64,000 bases of DNA. Source: Candidatus Latescibacterota bacterium (GTDB lineage Bacteria; Latescibacterota; UBA2968; GCA-2709665). The notes under the pieces are model-generated. The model was not told the DNA's origin, searched no databases, and saw nothing but the letters and a program-made list of their open reading frames with translations. The stretch is taken from the NCBI GenBank assembly GCA_965226795.1, contig CBDDDZ010000002.1, positions 96,001 through 160,000 on the forward strand, read 5' to 3'. This document shows positions 31,154 through 41,594 of this stretch, piece after piece. Position 1 is the first letter of the stretch. Each line of letters starts with the position of its first letter. Made by a program: the position numbers and the translations under genes.

Positions 31154-32125
31154 ATGCGAAAAGAGATCCGGATTTCCGAACGGGACGGGTTTGCCAGAAG
31201 GAATTTCCCGTGCGCCGTAACGGTGGGCTTTGAACCCGGCGAGTTCCCTGCGGGCGGCTCGGCGCGAATGCTGGATGCCGACGGCGAGCCGCGGCCCTCG
31301 CAGGTGGACGCGTTGGATACGTGGGACGATGGCAGCGTGAGGACCGCGGAAGTCTCATTTCCGGCTCGGCTCCCCCCCGGAGGGGAGGAGATCCTCACGT
31401 TCGAGTACGGACAGGGGACGCCGCCACCCGCCCCGCCTGCGAATCCCATCGAAGTTCGCGCCGGCAAGGACCCGATCGAGGTGCAGCAGGGGCCGGTGAT
31501 TTACCGGATCCGGCAATGGCGCTTCAACCTGGTGGAGAACGTGATTTTCGACGGCAGGGCGTTTCACGGGGCGGGAGCGCCCGGGCCGGCGCTCGTACTC
31601 AAGGACGGCAGGATCCTGTTCCCCTCGGGCGAGGTCCGGATCGATATCCGGACGCGCGGTCCCCGGACGGCCCGTCTGAGGGTGGATGGAACCTACGGCG
31701 GCGGATACGAGTTTGTCGCGCAAATGACCTTTTTTTCAGGGGTTTCCTGGTTCCGGGCCGAGCACGAGGTCGTGTCGGGCGATGTGTCGCAAATTGCGAC
31801 AGTTGTCGTCGAAAGCAACTTCAGCCTGCCGGATGGGCCCCTGCATTCCGCGTTCGGCGCGAGACAGCGGGCCGACGGTGAGGGCACAAGCTGGGCCGTG
31901 GTTACGGACAACACGTCCACCGTGGACGTCGCGGCTGTCGGCGCGTGGTCCGGGAAAGCCGCCGTGCGCTACGAGGTGGAACCCAATGGGCGCTTCCGGA
32001 CGATCTTCCCGTTCCCCGGGCAGCCCTGTATCCTGTACGTACACTACCTGACAACCCCGCCGATGGACCATCACCATACGCCCGCAGCGGCGATGGCGAC
32101 GGACCTGGAGTGCCGGGTAATGTAG
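31154..32125 (+). CDS. Hypothetical beta-rich protein resembling N-terminal domains of PcRGLX/YetA-like lyases
   Basis: ISERDGFARRNFP..V.F..GE, PSQVDALDTWDDGSVR; no catalytic domain evident. Confidence 0.5.
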   Translation: MRKEIRISERDGFARRNFPCAVTVGFEPGEFPAGGSARMLDADGEPRPSQVDALDTWDDGSVRTAEVSFPARLPPGGEEILTFEYGQGTPPPAPPANPIEVRAGKDPIEVQQGPVIYRIRQWRFNLVENVIFDGRAFHGAGAPGPALVLKDGRILFPSGEVRIDIRTRGPRTARLRVDGTYGGGYEFVAQMTFFSGVSWFRAEHEVVSGDVSQIATVVVESNFSLPDGPLHSAFGARQRADGEGTSWAVVTDNTSTVDVAAVGAWSGKAAVRYEVEPNGRFRTIFPFPGQPCILYVHYLTTPPMDHHHTPAAAMATDLECRVM

Positions 32126-32145
32126 AATCCGAGGTGGACGTAAAC

Positions 32146-33198
32146 GTGAAAAAAGCGACGTACCGCGTGGGAATCATCGGCTGTGGGCGCATGGCCGGCA
32201 CGATGGACGATGAGAAGCGCAGACAGCCGGGTCGGGTTCCCCAGCCCGGCGTTCTGGCGGGCGCCTACGGCCAGGTGGGCAGCACCGAGGTGGTGGCCGC
32301 CGCGGATATCAATGGCGAGAGGCTGGCCGATTTTTCCGCCCGGTGGGGCGTCCACCGACTCTACGCCGATTATCGCGACATGCTGGAGGCGGAAGCGCTG
32401 GACATCGTCAGCGTGGCGACGCACGCGCACCTTCACGCCGATATGACGGTGGCGGCCGCCGAAGCGGGCGTGAAGGCGGTCCTGTGCGAGAAAGCGATGG
32501 CAACCAGCCTGCCGGAAGCGGACCGCATGATCGAAGCGTGCAAAAAAGCCGGTACCACGCTGTCGGTCCTCTACCACAATCGGTGGGACCCCCTGATGGT
32601 CCGGGTAAGGGACCTGGTTGCTGGGGGCACGATCGGGGAGTTGATCAGCATCGCGGGCAATATGGGCCCGGAACTGGTACACGAGGCAACCCACATGTTC
32701 GACCTGATGCGGTTTTGGTCCGGTGAGGACGCGGCGTGGGTGTTCGGCCGGTTGGACGGCCGGCGAAAGCCGCATGACGATCCGGGGGGCAGCGGGTATA
32801 TCCAGTTTCAGAACGGGATGCACGCCTTCGTGAACGCGGTGGAAGGATCTCCCGTGGGGTTCGAGTTCGATCTGGTGGGAACGAAAGGCAGGATCCGGAT
32901 CGGCTACAACGTGGACGAACTCTGGACCGTGGCGGAAGACGTCTATGAAGGACGCGCGCTGGTGGGGCGAAAGATTCCCCAGAATATCGAAGCCAGGAGC
33001 GGTGTTGTAAAGGCGATCGAGGAACTGGTAACGTGTATCGAGGAGGAAAAGGCGCCGTCCTGCTCGGGCGAGGACGGACGAAAGGCGCTGGAAATCGCGC
33101 TGGCTTTCCATGTTTCCCATCGGAAGGGCGGCGCGAAGGTCAAATTGCCGCTGGAGGAGACCACTCTGACGGTGACGAACCCGAAATATTACAGTTGA
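32146..33198 (+). CDS. Gfo/Idh/MocA family oxidoreductase
   Basis: VGIIGCGRMA, VLCEKAMA; GTG start after GAGGTGG. Confidence 0.9.
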   Translation: MKKATYRVGIIGCGRMAGTMDDEKRRQPGRVPQPGVLAGAYGQVGSTEVVAAADINGERLADFSARWGVHRLYADYRDMLEAEALDIVSVATHAHLHADMTVAAAEAGVKAVLCEKAMATSLPEADRMIEACKKAGTTLSVLYHNRWDPLMVRVRDLVAGGTIGELISIAGNMGPELVHEATHMFDLMRFWSGEDAAWVFGRLDGRRKPHDDPGGSGYIQFQNGMHAFVNAVEGSPVGFEFDLVGTKGRIRIGYNVDELWTVAEDVYEGRALVGRKIPQNIEARSGVVKAIEELVTCIEEEKAPSCSGEDGRKALEIALAFHVSHRKGGAKVKLPLEETTLTVTNPKYYS

Positions 33199-33379
33199 TG
33201 AAAACCGGCAATTAGCTATAAGTTGTCAGCTGTCAGCTTGAATCGGTGAGACGTAAGAGGGTAGACGGGAGAGGACCACCCTGAGACCCAGCTATCAGCG
33301 ATTAGCTGTTAGCCATCAGCCAAAACCGGTTAGCGAAACGGACCCGCGAAATCATTCGTCGACGTCGGCGCCATTACGT

Positions 33380-33404
33380 GGGCGACCACAAGGGTCGCCC
33401 CTAC
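33380..33404 (-). repeat. GTAG-type REP hairpin
   Basis: Minus strand reads GTAGGGGCGACCCTTGTGGTCGCCC. Confidence 0.65.
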
Positions 33405-33423
33405 AATTGCATCTTCGGCGCGT

Positions 33424-33447
33424 CGAGGGCAGGATACCCTCGATCCC
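33424..33447. repeat. Dispersed copy of the RAYT-associated REP
   Basis: CGAGGGCAGGATACCCTCGATCCC matches the REPs at 57.3-58.8 kb. Confidence 0.7.
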
Positions 33448-33521
33448 GGGACCTCTCCCCCCGGCTCCGCGCCTCCGGCGGCGGGGGAACGAAAATAAAA
33501 GGGTAAAACCAAATTCAACAT

Positions 33522-33750
33522 TCACATCTCCCCAAATTCCCTGCCTACGGCGTGTTCCTTTTGAAGCGACCAAAAGGAACCAAAAGTCGCCGCGGGGCGC
33601 GGGGCCTGCCATATGCACCGCGCGAATACCCTTTGAGGGCCTACCGGGGATTTTGCCCTGCCAGCCACGGAAGAACAACGATCCTCTGTGCTGGACGGGA
33701 CTACACGCTGTGCTCTGGGAGTGCTCGCCGGGAACCTCGCGTTTGACAAC
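33522..33750 (-). repeat. Divergent ~230-nt structured element, copy 4 (reverse)
   Basis: Minus strand keeps CCGTCCA, GCAGGGCA, ATTCGCG, GGCCCCGCGCC..GCGGCG, hairpin GTTCCTTTTG-N7-CAAAAGGAAC, AGGGAATTTGGGGA. Confidence 0.6.
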
Positions 33751-33827
33751 GGAATGCCTATCTGAGGGCGAGCTATCAGCGGACAGGTAAAGACGGTACA
33801 AATGTTGAACCGAGCGGCGATCCTTAT

Positions 33828-34055
33828 GGGTCTACCTCAGGCCCGTCCGGAGGTGGAGATGGGGGTTTTTCCGTGTTAATCCGTCCAACACCGTTGTATT
33901 GGTACAACGTAACGGCTCGCAGGGCACCCAATTCCCATTTATGCCCGTGAGGTGATTCACGGAAAAACCGGCCCCGCGCCGAGCGGCGCCCTTCTTTTCC
34001 GCCCTTTTTCTTGGGCGAAGCAAGAAAAAGGGCAAGGGAATAGGGGACGTTAGTG
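33828..34055 (+). repeat. ~230-nt structured dispersed element, copy 2
   Basis: GGTTTTTCCGTG...CACGGAAAAACC stem; same hairpin and tail as copy 1. Confidence 0.8.
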
Positions 34056-34169
34056 GGAGGGGGATTCTGTGTCACCGGAGGACATGGCAAAAATGAAGGG
34101 GCTTTTCCAGTGGATTCCCGAATGCGCCTGGCGATCGCATCTTCATGGTTGTTCGAAAGGAGTTACAGG

Positions 34170-36578
34170 ATGATGGGGATTCTGGTCATTATTGGAGGAG
34201 CGCTGCTGCTGCTGATGGCGGCGTCACGGACGCTTGCAGCCGGGCGTCCCGAGATCGACGAGACGCCCGCCCAACCGGGCGAGTGGGGTTTTCGTCCCGC
34301 GGAAGGGAGCGTCTCACAGGTGACGCCCCCGGGGTTTTCCTGGCGGCCGCAGGAGGACGCTGCGAGCTACGACGTTCAGTGCGTGCGGGATAGCAGCTTT
34401 GCAGACGTGGAGTACGAGGCGACGGGGGTGACGTTCAACGTCCACTGCCCACCCCGCACCCTGACGCCGGGTCGCTGGTTCTGGCGATTCCGCTTTACCA
34501 ATCGGGCTGGAGAGACGTCCGAATGGAGCACGGTGAGGATGTTCAGCGTTGCGGAGGACGCGAACGCGCTTCCGCTGCCTTCCCGCAACGACCTCCTGGC
34601 GCGAGTTCCAAAGAGCCATCCACGGCTGTTCGTAAGGCCGGAACAGGTGCCGGAACTGCGACGGCGCGCCAGAACGGACATGGCGGCCAAATACGAGGAA
34701 CTCGTGGCCGCCTCGGAGAAGCTGCTCGAGAATCCGCCGCCCACCGAGGAGCCGCCGCTCTATCCCGAAGGGACGGTGCGGCTCAGTGAGGCGTGGCGGG
34801 CGATCTGGTGGCCGAACCGGGAGTATACCATCGCCGTTCTGAACGGCGCGGCGACACTGGCTTTCACCCGGCTGTTGGGAGGTCGGGAGGAGTACGGCCA
34901 ACTTGCCCGGGAATTGCTGATGGCCTGCGCCGAGTGGGATCCGAAAGGGGCGACGGGATTTCGGTATAACGATGAGGCCGGGATGCCCTACGCGTACTAT
35001 TTCTCCCGGACGTACAGCTATCTCAATGATCTGCTGACGGAAGACGAACGGGAGCGGTGCCGCAGGATGATGACCGTTCGGGGCAGGGAAATGTCCGCGC
35101 ATCTCTGTCCGCGCTTCCTCTGGCGTCCGTACGGGAGCCACGATACCCGGTCCTGGCATTTTCTGGGAGAGGTGGGTATTGCGTTTCTGGACGAGATTCC
35201 CGAGGCCGCGGACTGGGCGTGGTTCGCCGCGAACGTGTTCGCCAACACGTATCCGGTGTGGAGTGACGATGACGGGGGCTGGCACCAGGGCATGGGCTAC
35301 TGGCGGAGTTACATCCAGCGATTCACCTGGTGGGCGGACATTATGCGGGAGGCAATGGGCATCGATGCCTTCAATAAGCCCTATTTTTCAAAGGTCGGCT
35401 ATTATCCGATGTATCTCCAACCGCCGGGTACGCGAGGCGGCGGTTTCGGGGATCTGACGGCCCACCTCGAATCCGGGCAGAATCGCGGCGTTATGGCCCT
35501 TTTTTCTGCAATGGCACGGAATCCGTACTGGCAATGGTACGTTGAGGCGCACGGTGAGTTGCCTTCCGAGCCCGGTTATATCGGCTTTGTCCGGGGCGCG
35601 CTGCCCCGGGTGGAGGCGAAACGGCCGGTTGACCTGCCGACGTCTCGCTGCTTCCGGGGTACCGGCCAGGCCGTTTTCAACACCGATCTGGAGGATGCCC
35701 GCAACAACGTGGAGCTGATCTTCAAGAGCAGCCCGTTAGGATCACACAGCCACGGGTACGAAGCCCAGAATTCGTTCCTGCTCTACGCCTTCGGAGAGCG
35801 GTTGCTGATTCGCACCGGACGCCGCGACATCCACGGCAGCGCGCACCACAGACTATGGATGCACCATACGAAGTCGGTGAATAACATCACCGTCAACGGT
35901 GAGGGGCAGATACCGAACGCCAGCGAGGCAGCGGGCGAGATCCTGGATTTCCACACCTCCGAAACTTTCGACTACGTGGCGGGAGAGGCGGGGGGCGCCT
36001 ACGCGGGCAAACTCGAGAGGTTTACCCGTCGCATTATGTTCGTAAAACCCGATGCGATTCTGATCTTCGACACGCTGGTCGCGCCAGAACCCGCGAGCTT
36101 CGAATGGCGGCTGCACGCGCCCGTGGAGATGGATGTCCTGAACCAGCGGGATGTACGGGTCGTCAACGGTGGCGCGAGTTGCCAGGTATCGTTCCTTTAC
36201 CCCAACGGGCTCGCGTTGAGCCAGACCGACCGGTTCGAACCGCCGCCGCGGGCTCGCATCGAGCTTGTCGAGTATCACCTGACGGCAGTACCCTCCTCGC
36301 CTGCCGGGGAACAGACGTTCGTGACGGTCCTCAGGCCGCATCGGTCCGGCGAGACGCTGAACGGCGAGGCCGAATTGGTGGAGATTGACGGCGGGTATGC
36401 GGTCACCCTTCCCCTGGCCGCCGGCCACGCGGCCGTACTCCTGCAACCGGCAGCGGGCCGGGTCCTGACGGGCGCGGGCCTCAGGACCGACGGCGAGGTC
36501 GGCGCCGCCACGTTCGACGCTCGCGGCGAGGTGAAGGATACCTTTGTGGCGGCCGGAACGCTTATCGAAGCTCTTTGA
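34170..36578 (+). CDS. Secreted DUF4962 + heparinase II/III oligo-uronate lyase-like protein
   Basis: Signal peptide; PPGFSW, HPRLF, YPVWSDDDGGWHQGMGYW, FKSSPLGSHSHGYEAQNSF, NNITVNGEGQ. Confidence 0.8.
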   Translation: MMGILVIIGGALLLLMAASRTLAAGRPEIDETPAQPGEWGFRPAEGSVSQVTPPGFSWRPQEDAASYDVQCVRDSSFADVEYEATGVTFNVHCPPRTLTPGRWFWRFRFTNRAGETSEWSTVRMFSVAEDANALPLPSRNDLLARVPKSHPRLFVRPEQVPELRRRARTDMAAKYEELVAASEKLLENPPPTEEPPLYPEGTVRLSEAWRAIWWPNREYTIAVLNGAATLAFTRLLGGREEYGQLARELLMACAEWDPKGATGFRYNDEAGMPYAYYFSRTYSYLNDLLTEDERERCRRMMTVRGREMSAHLCPRFLWRPYGSHDTRSWHFLGEVGIAFLDEIPEAADWAWFAANVFANTYPVWSDDDGGWHQGMGYWRSYIQRFTWWADIMREAMGIDAFNKPYFSKVGYYPMYLQPPGTRGGGFGDLTAHLESGQNRGVMALFSAMARNPYWQWYVEAHGELPSEPGYIGFVRGALPRVEAKRPVDLPTSRCFRGTGQAVFNTDLEDARNNVELIFKSSPLGSHSHGYEAQNSFLLYAFGERLLIRTGRRDIHGSAHHRLWMHHTKSVNNITVNGEGQIPNASEAAGEILDFHTSETFDYVAGEAGGAYAGKLERFTRRIMFVKPDAILIFDTLVAPEPASFEWRLHAPVEMDVLNQRDVRVVNGGASCQVSFLYPNGLALSQTDRFEPPPRARIELVEYHLTAVPSSPAGEQTFVTVLRPHRSGETLNGEAELVEIDGGYAVTLPLAAGHAAVLLQPAAGRVLTGAGLRTDGEVGAATFDARGEVKDTFVAAGTLIEAL

Positions 36579-36918
36579 CTACCATCGGTTTGAAAGGAAG
36601 CTGCCTTGCGTTTCAGTCGAGATTCTCGGATAATACCTTTGCGTATCCATCGTTTCCGTTCAGGTGCAGGTCGACCTGAATTCGAATAGATAAATCCGCA
36701 CTATCAATTCTTCCTTTACTCCTTTACCTTTTTGAAACACCTTCTTATAACCCGAGCCACCTGCCTCAGTGATCGACCGGCGATGATTTCCATTCTCCTG
36801 TGACTCCATTACCGGTCACAAATGGAGAGCATTCTGCAACCGCAACAAGAAGACCAGACGCAACTGGTTTCGCCGAATGGTTCGTACGAAGTTTGAGCAA
36901 TTTTGCTAAAGGATGCGA

Positions 36919-37167
36919 ATGCCGCTCAACCTGTATCCGGACATCTATGCGTCCGGATCGTTGCCGCAGAATTGGATGCCCGACCGGGGAGGTACCCTCA
37001 AATATCCCGTACGTAACCGGGCAGTGCATCGTGAATTGCGGCGTTTGCGTCGCAGCAGGTGGAGAAAGGTTATCAGGCAGGGAAATCTCGGCGAAGCTCA
37101 TTATTTCGAGCACGAATCCGGCAGCGTTGCCGGTGTCAAATACTATTCAAGGACGACAATGCCATGA
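36919..37167 (+). CDS. Small basic toxin-like protein (resembles a polymorphic-toxin C-terminal domain)
   Basis: AAAGGA RBS; W(R)KV...G...HYFEHESGSVAGVK motif; ATGA overlap with the next gene. Confidence 0.55.
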   Translation: MPLNLYPDIYASGSLPQNWMPDRGGTLKYPVRNRAVHRELRRLRRSRWRKVIRQGNLGEAHYFEHESGSVAGVKYYSRTTMP

Positions 37168-37541
37168 AGCAGACCTATCCATTTCGCATTGTGCTTTCAG
37201 ACACGAGCCGTGACACTGGTGTGACAGACCAACTGGAATTCTTCGCACTTCTGAATCTGGGCATGGTGCAATCATTGGCCGCAGGGATTCTCAACGCAAC
37301 AGAAGCAATTCAGCGCTTCTATCATGCGGATAACTGTCTCTACGTCCGAAAGCACCTTCGAAACCGACAGGCCAATGCGGTTATGAGCCACGGGATACAA
37401 CTAACCGATCTTTTCGACAGTTTGCCGGCAGAAGAAGCGCAGCGCGAGTACCTTCACGAACTTGAGATGATGCGATCTCTATGTTTAAAGCTGCTGGAGA
37501 ATGCGCGATCGCCCGACGTTGCCGATCGTGCGACTGTATAG
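37164..37541 (+). CDS. DUF3969-like putative immunity protein
   Basis: ALLNLGMVQSLAAGILNATEA...HGIQLTDLFDSLP helical pattern; translationally coupled to the upstream ORF. Confidence 0.55.
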   Translation: MKQTYPFRIVLSDTSRDTGVTDQLEFFALLNLGMVQSLAAGILNATEAIQRFYHADNCLYVRKHLRNRQANAVMSHGIQLTDLFDSLPAEEAQREYLHELEMMRSLCLKLLENARSPDVADRATV

Positions 37542-37647
37542 GAATCGAACAGGACTCCCACCCGATTCTCGTCATGATGTGAACGAATTTTTCGCATTTC
37601 GATCTCCCCTGACAACCGATGCTTGGGGAATCATTGAGGTGAAAACA

Positions 37648-40600
37648 ATGGCTGAAACAGGACGTCGCAGCGCGCGGAGACGGCGGCAGGAATCGTACGA
37701 TATCGAGATCGTGAACAAGGAGATCCCGACGCTGAAAGATCTCCATCTTGAAACGGACCTGTCGGGCGATGTGCTGGTGGCGGCGCCCGGAGGCCAGGCC
37801 GGAGAGAAGATCGGCGGAGCGATCGCGCAGGCCCTCGGTGGCGGGGCGGAAGTCCGGCCCGCGTCGGAGATCAGCGAGAGGGATTGGGAGGCGGCGCATA
37901 TTGTCGCCGCGGGTAACGTATTCACCAACCGGGCGATCCGGCGTCTGGGGATGAATTTCTACGCCTGGACGGACGAATATTACCCCGGCGGGGACGGGTA
38001 CGAGGTGAGAACTGTCCACAATCCCTTCGGGACGGGCCGGAACGTGGTCCTGCTGGGAGGAAGTACGCCCGACGGGGTGGCGCGTGCGGTGGACCAATTC
38101 ATCAGAATCCTCGAAGCGGAAGGGCCGCGCATCGGACGGATCAACCGGTCGGTATCGCGGCAAAATCCGGATTCGGCGCCAACGGAGGCCGAAGCCCGGA
38201 AGATCATCGATGCCGTGAACGAACAGGTGGCGCTTTCCGGCAGCCAGGGGCCGCTGCGCCGCATGGTGGACCACGCCATGCTGTACTATCTGTCGGGTCA
38301 GGATGTCTGGGGTCGGATTTTCAGGGAGGAATTCCTGCATTTCATCGATCTGGCGCATGAGGCCGGAGACTGGTGCCTGTCCCAGGGGACGCATCTGTAC
38401 TTCTGGATTTACCGCATGCTGACGGCCTGGGACGTGATGGAGGAGGGGGACGTGTTGAGCGACGCGGACCGGCTGAAGATGACAAACGCGATCTACAATA
38501 TCATCCGGTGGACGGCCGAACTGACCCACTTCCGATTCAAGTCCGTGGACGACGTGGTTCAGAACCAGAACCACCAGAGCTTCGCAGCGTTGAGTCTGTT
38601 CACCGGGGCGAGGTATTTCAAGAAGTACTACGGGCTCACGGATTTCGACGAAAAGCTGCCCCTGGCGCATCGGACCTTGGAACTGCATGCCCGGTCGTAC
38701 AAGCCTAACGACAACGCGGGCACCGGGTACGTCTGGATCACGCCAGGGCATCTGATCAAGTACGGCCTGATGACAGACGATCTTGCGTACCTGGAAGACG
38801 GTCATCTTGCCCGCCTGCTGGATAGCGCAGTGCTTACCATCGACAGCCGGGGCGACGACTGCTCGTATGGTGACGTCGGCGCCTACCGGGCAGCCCGGGC
38901 CAGCCGTCCGAGCGGATTGCAGACCGCGGCGGTCGGCGCGTGGTTCTACAACGACGGGCGCTACCGGTGGCTATACGATTGGTTGGAGCAGGGGCAGGAG
39001 TGGCGGGAGTCCTTCCGGCGGGACAGGAACTGGGGGATCGGCGGATGGGAGGTGTACGATGGATTTTTCTTCAAGGACGTGGCGCCGGTGGAACCCACGG
39101 AACTGTTGGGGGTTCGCGCGTCCATGCTGGACGGGGCCGCGCATGAATTTGCAAGGGAACGGGCACGGAATACGGGGCAATACCACGGTGACCCTCTGCC
39201 GGAATCGGATGTTCCCCTCGCGGAGGCGTTCGACAAACTGGCGTTCCGGCGCAGCTTCGACAGGCGCAGTGAGTATCTTCTGATCGACGGGCCGACGGGT
39301 TTTTCTCATTCTCAGGAGGACGGCAATTCGATCATCCGCCTGTGCTGGAACGATCGGATCTGGCTGGCGGACCTGGACTACATCCGCCGGCTGGCGAGGT
39401 ATCACAACACGGTGGTGATCGTGAAGGACGGGACGTGTGTTCCCAAACCGGCCCAGGTGGCGCTCAGGGCGATCGGTGATTTCGAGAAATGGGGCTACAG
39501 CCGGACGGTTTCGCCCGGGGACAATGGAACGGACTGGGCGCGTAATATCTTCTGGCGAAAGGGATCGTATTTTCTGGTGATCGATACGGTAGACGCGCTC
39601 GAGGACGGAGACTTTCTCCTGGACGGGATCTGGCGGGTGCTTGGGCGGACGGAGGAGGAAGAGAACGAGTTGCGCCTCGAGCAGGACGGCGAGCGGTTCC
39701 ACATTGTGAATGCGGACGACTCCGAGAAATCATTGACGGACCGGGAGGCGGACTTCGCGCCGGACTGGGAAAGCAACTGGGAAAATTACGAGCACGCGGA
39801 CGGGACAGTGAGGATGTGGCACCAGACGAAGCGGGTCGCGTTGGACGCCGGTGAACAGACTGCGTATGTGAACTTGCTGTATCCGTCCAATTCGGAGATG
39901 GATCAGGGGTTCGACCTTGAGCGGGTGGGACCGTCCGTTGCGCTGGTCCGGGATAAACGGTCCGACGAGGCGGTGATGGCCGGGGCGGGGGCGTTCATTT
40001 CGGGCGACCTGGAGGTGGAGGCTGAGCTGTTCCGGGTCGACAGAGACGGGTTTGCCCTGGTGGAGGGCACCACGCTATCGTGGGAAGGACCGTTGTTCCG
40101 GAGTTGGGCGCCCGTGTCGGTGGAGATGGATCTGGCCAGCGGTGTGGGGGTTGTCGAGACCCGTACCGAGACCCGGGTGGGCATCCGCGCCGAAGCCGTC
40201 CGTCTGAACGGCGAACGGATTTCCGGTGGCGGCGAGGGCAAGCTGCTCTGGTTCACGCTGTCGGCCGGCCGGCACGACCTTGAGGTCTTGCCCCACGCGC
40301 CCGGGACGTTCGACCGGGCGTTTCGGGAGCCAACGTCCTACCGTGAAGGATCCGTGTCCAAAGACAGGGAGCTTGTCTCCCGAACCGGGCTGGAGCCCGC
40401 ATGGACGTTCGACGCCGGAGCGGGTGTGACGGCGGTGGCCACGGATGGATCGGGCCTGACGCTCGCGGGTACGGTCAACGGGGACGTTCACCTCCTTGGC
40501 GCGGACGGCGCCCGGGCGTGGTCGTTCGAGGCGGAGGGCGAAGTCCGAGCCGTACACCTGGCGGATATCGACGGCGACGGCGCGCCGGAGGCAATCGTCG

Positions 40601-41514
40601 GAACGCGGGATTGCCGGCTGTACGTTCTGGACGCCGGGGGTGAACCGCGCTGGACGCACGAGTTTCCGCCGGGAAGCGGCATGCGCCCGCAACGTCTGAC
40701 GACCATTTCATCGGCCGATCTGGACGGCGACGGCCGGAAGCAGGTGCTGGCCGGCGCCGAGGGATGGCTGTTCCACGCGTTTGAGGCGGACGGGACGCTG
40801 AAGTGGCAGACCGAAACCCACTATCACTGCATCACCGGATGCCTGGCCGTGGATCTGGACGGCGACGGAAAGGACGAGATCCTGGTGGGCACCGAGTATT
40901 ATACGATCAATTGTCTCAATCCCGACGGGACGGCGCGCTGGCGGCAAAGCACGGGCTGTGTCTCGCCGACGATTCTCGCGGCCGATCTGGACGGAGACGG
41001 GGCGATAGAGGTCGTCTATGGAGACTGGCGGGCGGTAAACGCCGCATCGAGCGGGGAGTTGTTTGGCCAGACCGGCCTGGGCGGCAGCGGCAAGTTTGCG
41101 GGGCCGGGGACGTACAGCAGCAGACCTGGCAGGATGGGGGCCCTCTCATGGCGCGTGAACATGGGTGGGGAAGTGGAGGACATCGCCCTTGCGGACGTGA
41201 ACGGAGATGGTCGTCCGGAGGTGATCGCGGCCAGCGACGTGGGCCAACTGGCCTGCATCGCTGGGGATGGCGAGATCCTGTGGCGGCGGGACCTGGTGGA
41301 CAAGATCACGTGGCTGACGACCGCGCAGGGCAATGGAGGGGTGAAAGTCCTGGTGGGTTTCGACACGGGCGAAATCCGGACCTATGACGCGGATGGCGGC
41401 CTGGTCGCGGGGGATCGGGTCGACGGCGAAGTCACGCACCTCCGGGCGGACGGCGACCGGGTCGTGTGCGCCACTTCAAGGGGGTCGGTCACGGCGTTCC
41501 GGGCGGTGGGATAA
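37648..41514 (+). CDS. Lyase-like (heparinase II/III) + FG-GAP beta-propeller protein
   Basis: LKDLHLETDL, YPGGDGYEVRTVHNPFG, QNHQ, HSQEDGNSI, YHNTV, several DLDGDG repeats. Confidence 0.7.
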   Translation: MAETGRRSARRRRQESYDIEIVNKEIPTLKDLHLETDLSGDVLVAAPGGQAGEKIGGAIAQALGGGAEVRPASEISERDWEAAHIVAAGNVFTNRAIRRLGMNFYAWTDEYYPGGDGYEVRTVHNPFGTGRNVVLLGGSTPDGVARAVDQFIRILEAEGPRIGRINRSVSRQNPDSAPTEAEARKIIDAVNEQVALSGSQGPLRRMVDHAMLYYLSGQDVWGRIFREEFLHFIDLAHEAGDWCLSQGTHLYFWIYRMLTAWDVMEEGDVLSDADRLKMTNAIYNIIRWTAELTHFRFKSVDDVVQNQNHQSFAALSLFTGARYFKKYYGLTDFDEKLPLAHRTLELHARSYKPNDNAGTGYVWITPGHLIKYGLMTDDLAYLEDGHLARLLDSAVLTIDSRGDDCSYGDVGAYRAARASRPSGLQTAAVGAWFYNDGRYRWLYDWLEQGQEWRESFRRDRNWGIGGWEVYDGFFFKDVAPVEPTELLGVRASMLDGAAHEFARERARNTGQYHGDPLPESDVPLAEAFDKLAFRRSFDRRSEYLLIDGPTGFSHSQEDGNSIIRLCWNDRIWLADLDYIRRLARYHNTVVIVKDGTCVPKPAQVALRAIGDFEKWGYSRTVSPGDNGTDWARNIFWRKGSYFLVIDTVDALEDGDFLLDGIWRVLGRTEEEENELRLEQDGERFHIVNADDSEKSLTDREADFAPDWESNWENYEHADGTVRMWHQTKRVALDAGEQTAYVNLLYPSNSEMDQGFDLERVGPSVALVRDKRSDEAVMAGAGAFISGDLEVEAELFRVDRDGFALVEGTTLSWEGPLFRSWAPVSVEMDLASGVGVVETRTETRVGIRAEAVRLNGERISGGGEGKLLWFTLSAGRHDLEVLPHAPGTFDRAFREPTSYREGSVSKDRELVSRTGLEPAWTFDAGAGVTAVATDGSGLTLAGTVNGDVHLLGADGARAWSFEAEGEVRAVHLADIDGDGAPEAIVGTRDCRLYVLDAGGEPRWTHEFPPGSGMRPQRLTTISSADLDGDGRKQVLAGAEGWLFHAFEADGTLKWQTETHYHCITGCLAVDLDGDGKDEILVGTEYYTINCLNPDGTARWRQSTGCVSPTILAADLDGDGAIEVVYGDWRAVNAASSGELFGQTGLGGSGKFAGPGTYSSRPGRMGALSWRVNMGGEVEDIALADVNGDGRPEVIAASDVGQLACIAGDGEILWRRDLVDKITWLTTAQGNGGVKVLVGFDTGEIRTYDADGGLVAGDRVDGEVTHLRADGDRVVCATSRGSVTAFRAVG

Positions 41515-41594
41515 GTCCTGATCGGAAATGCTGCCCGGTCGGTGTACCCGTGTAATCAATCTGTGAATTTCTGAAGAATTTCGAGAGAACGTCT

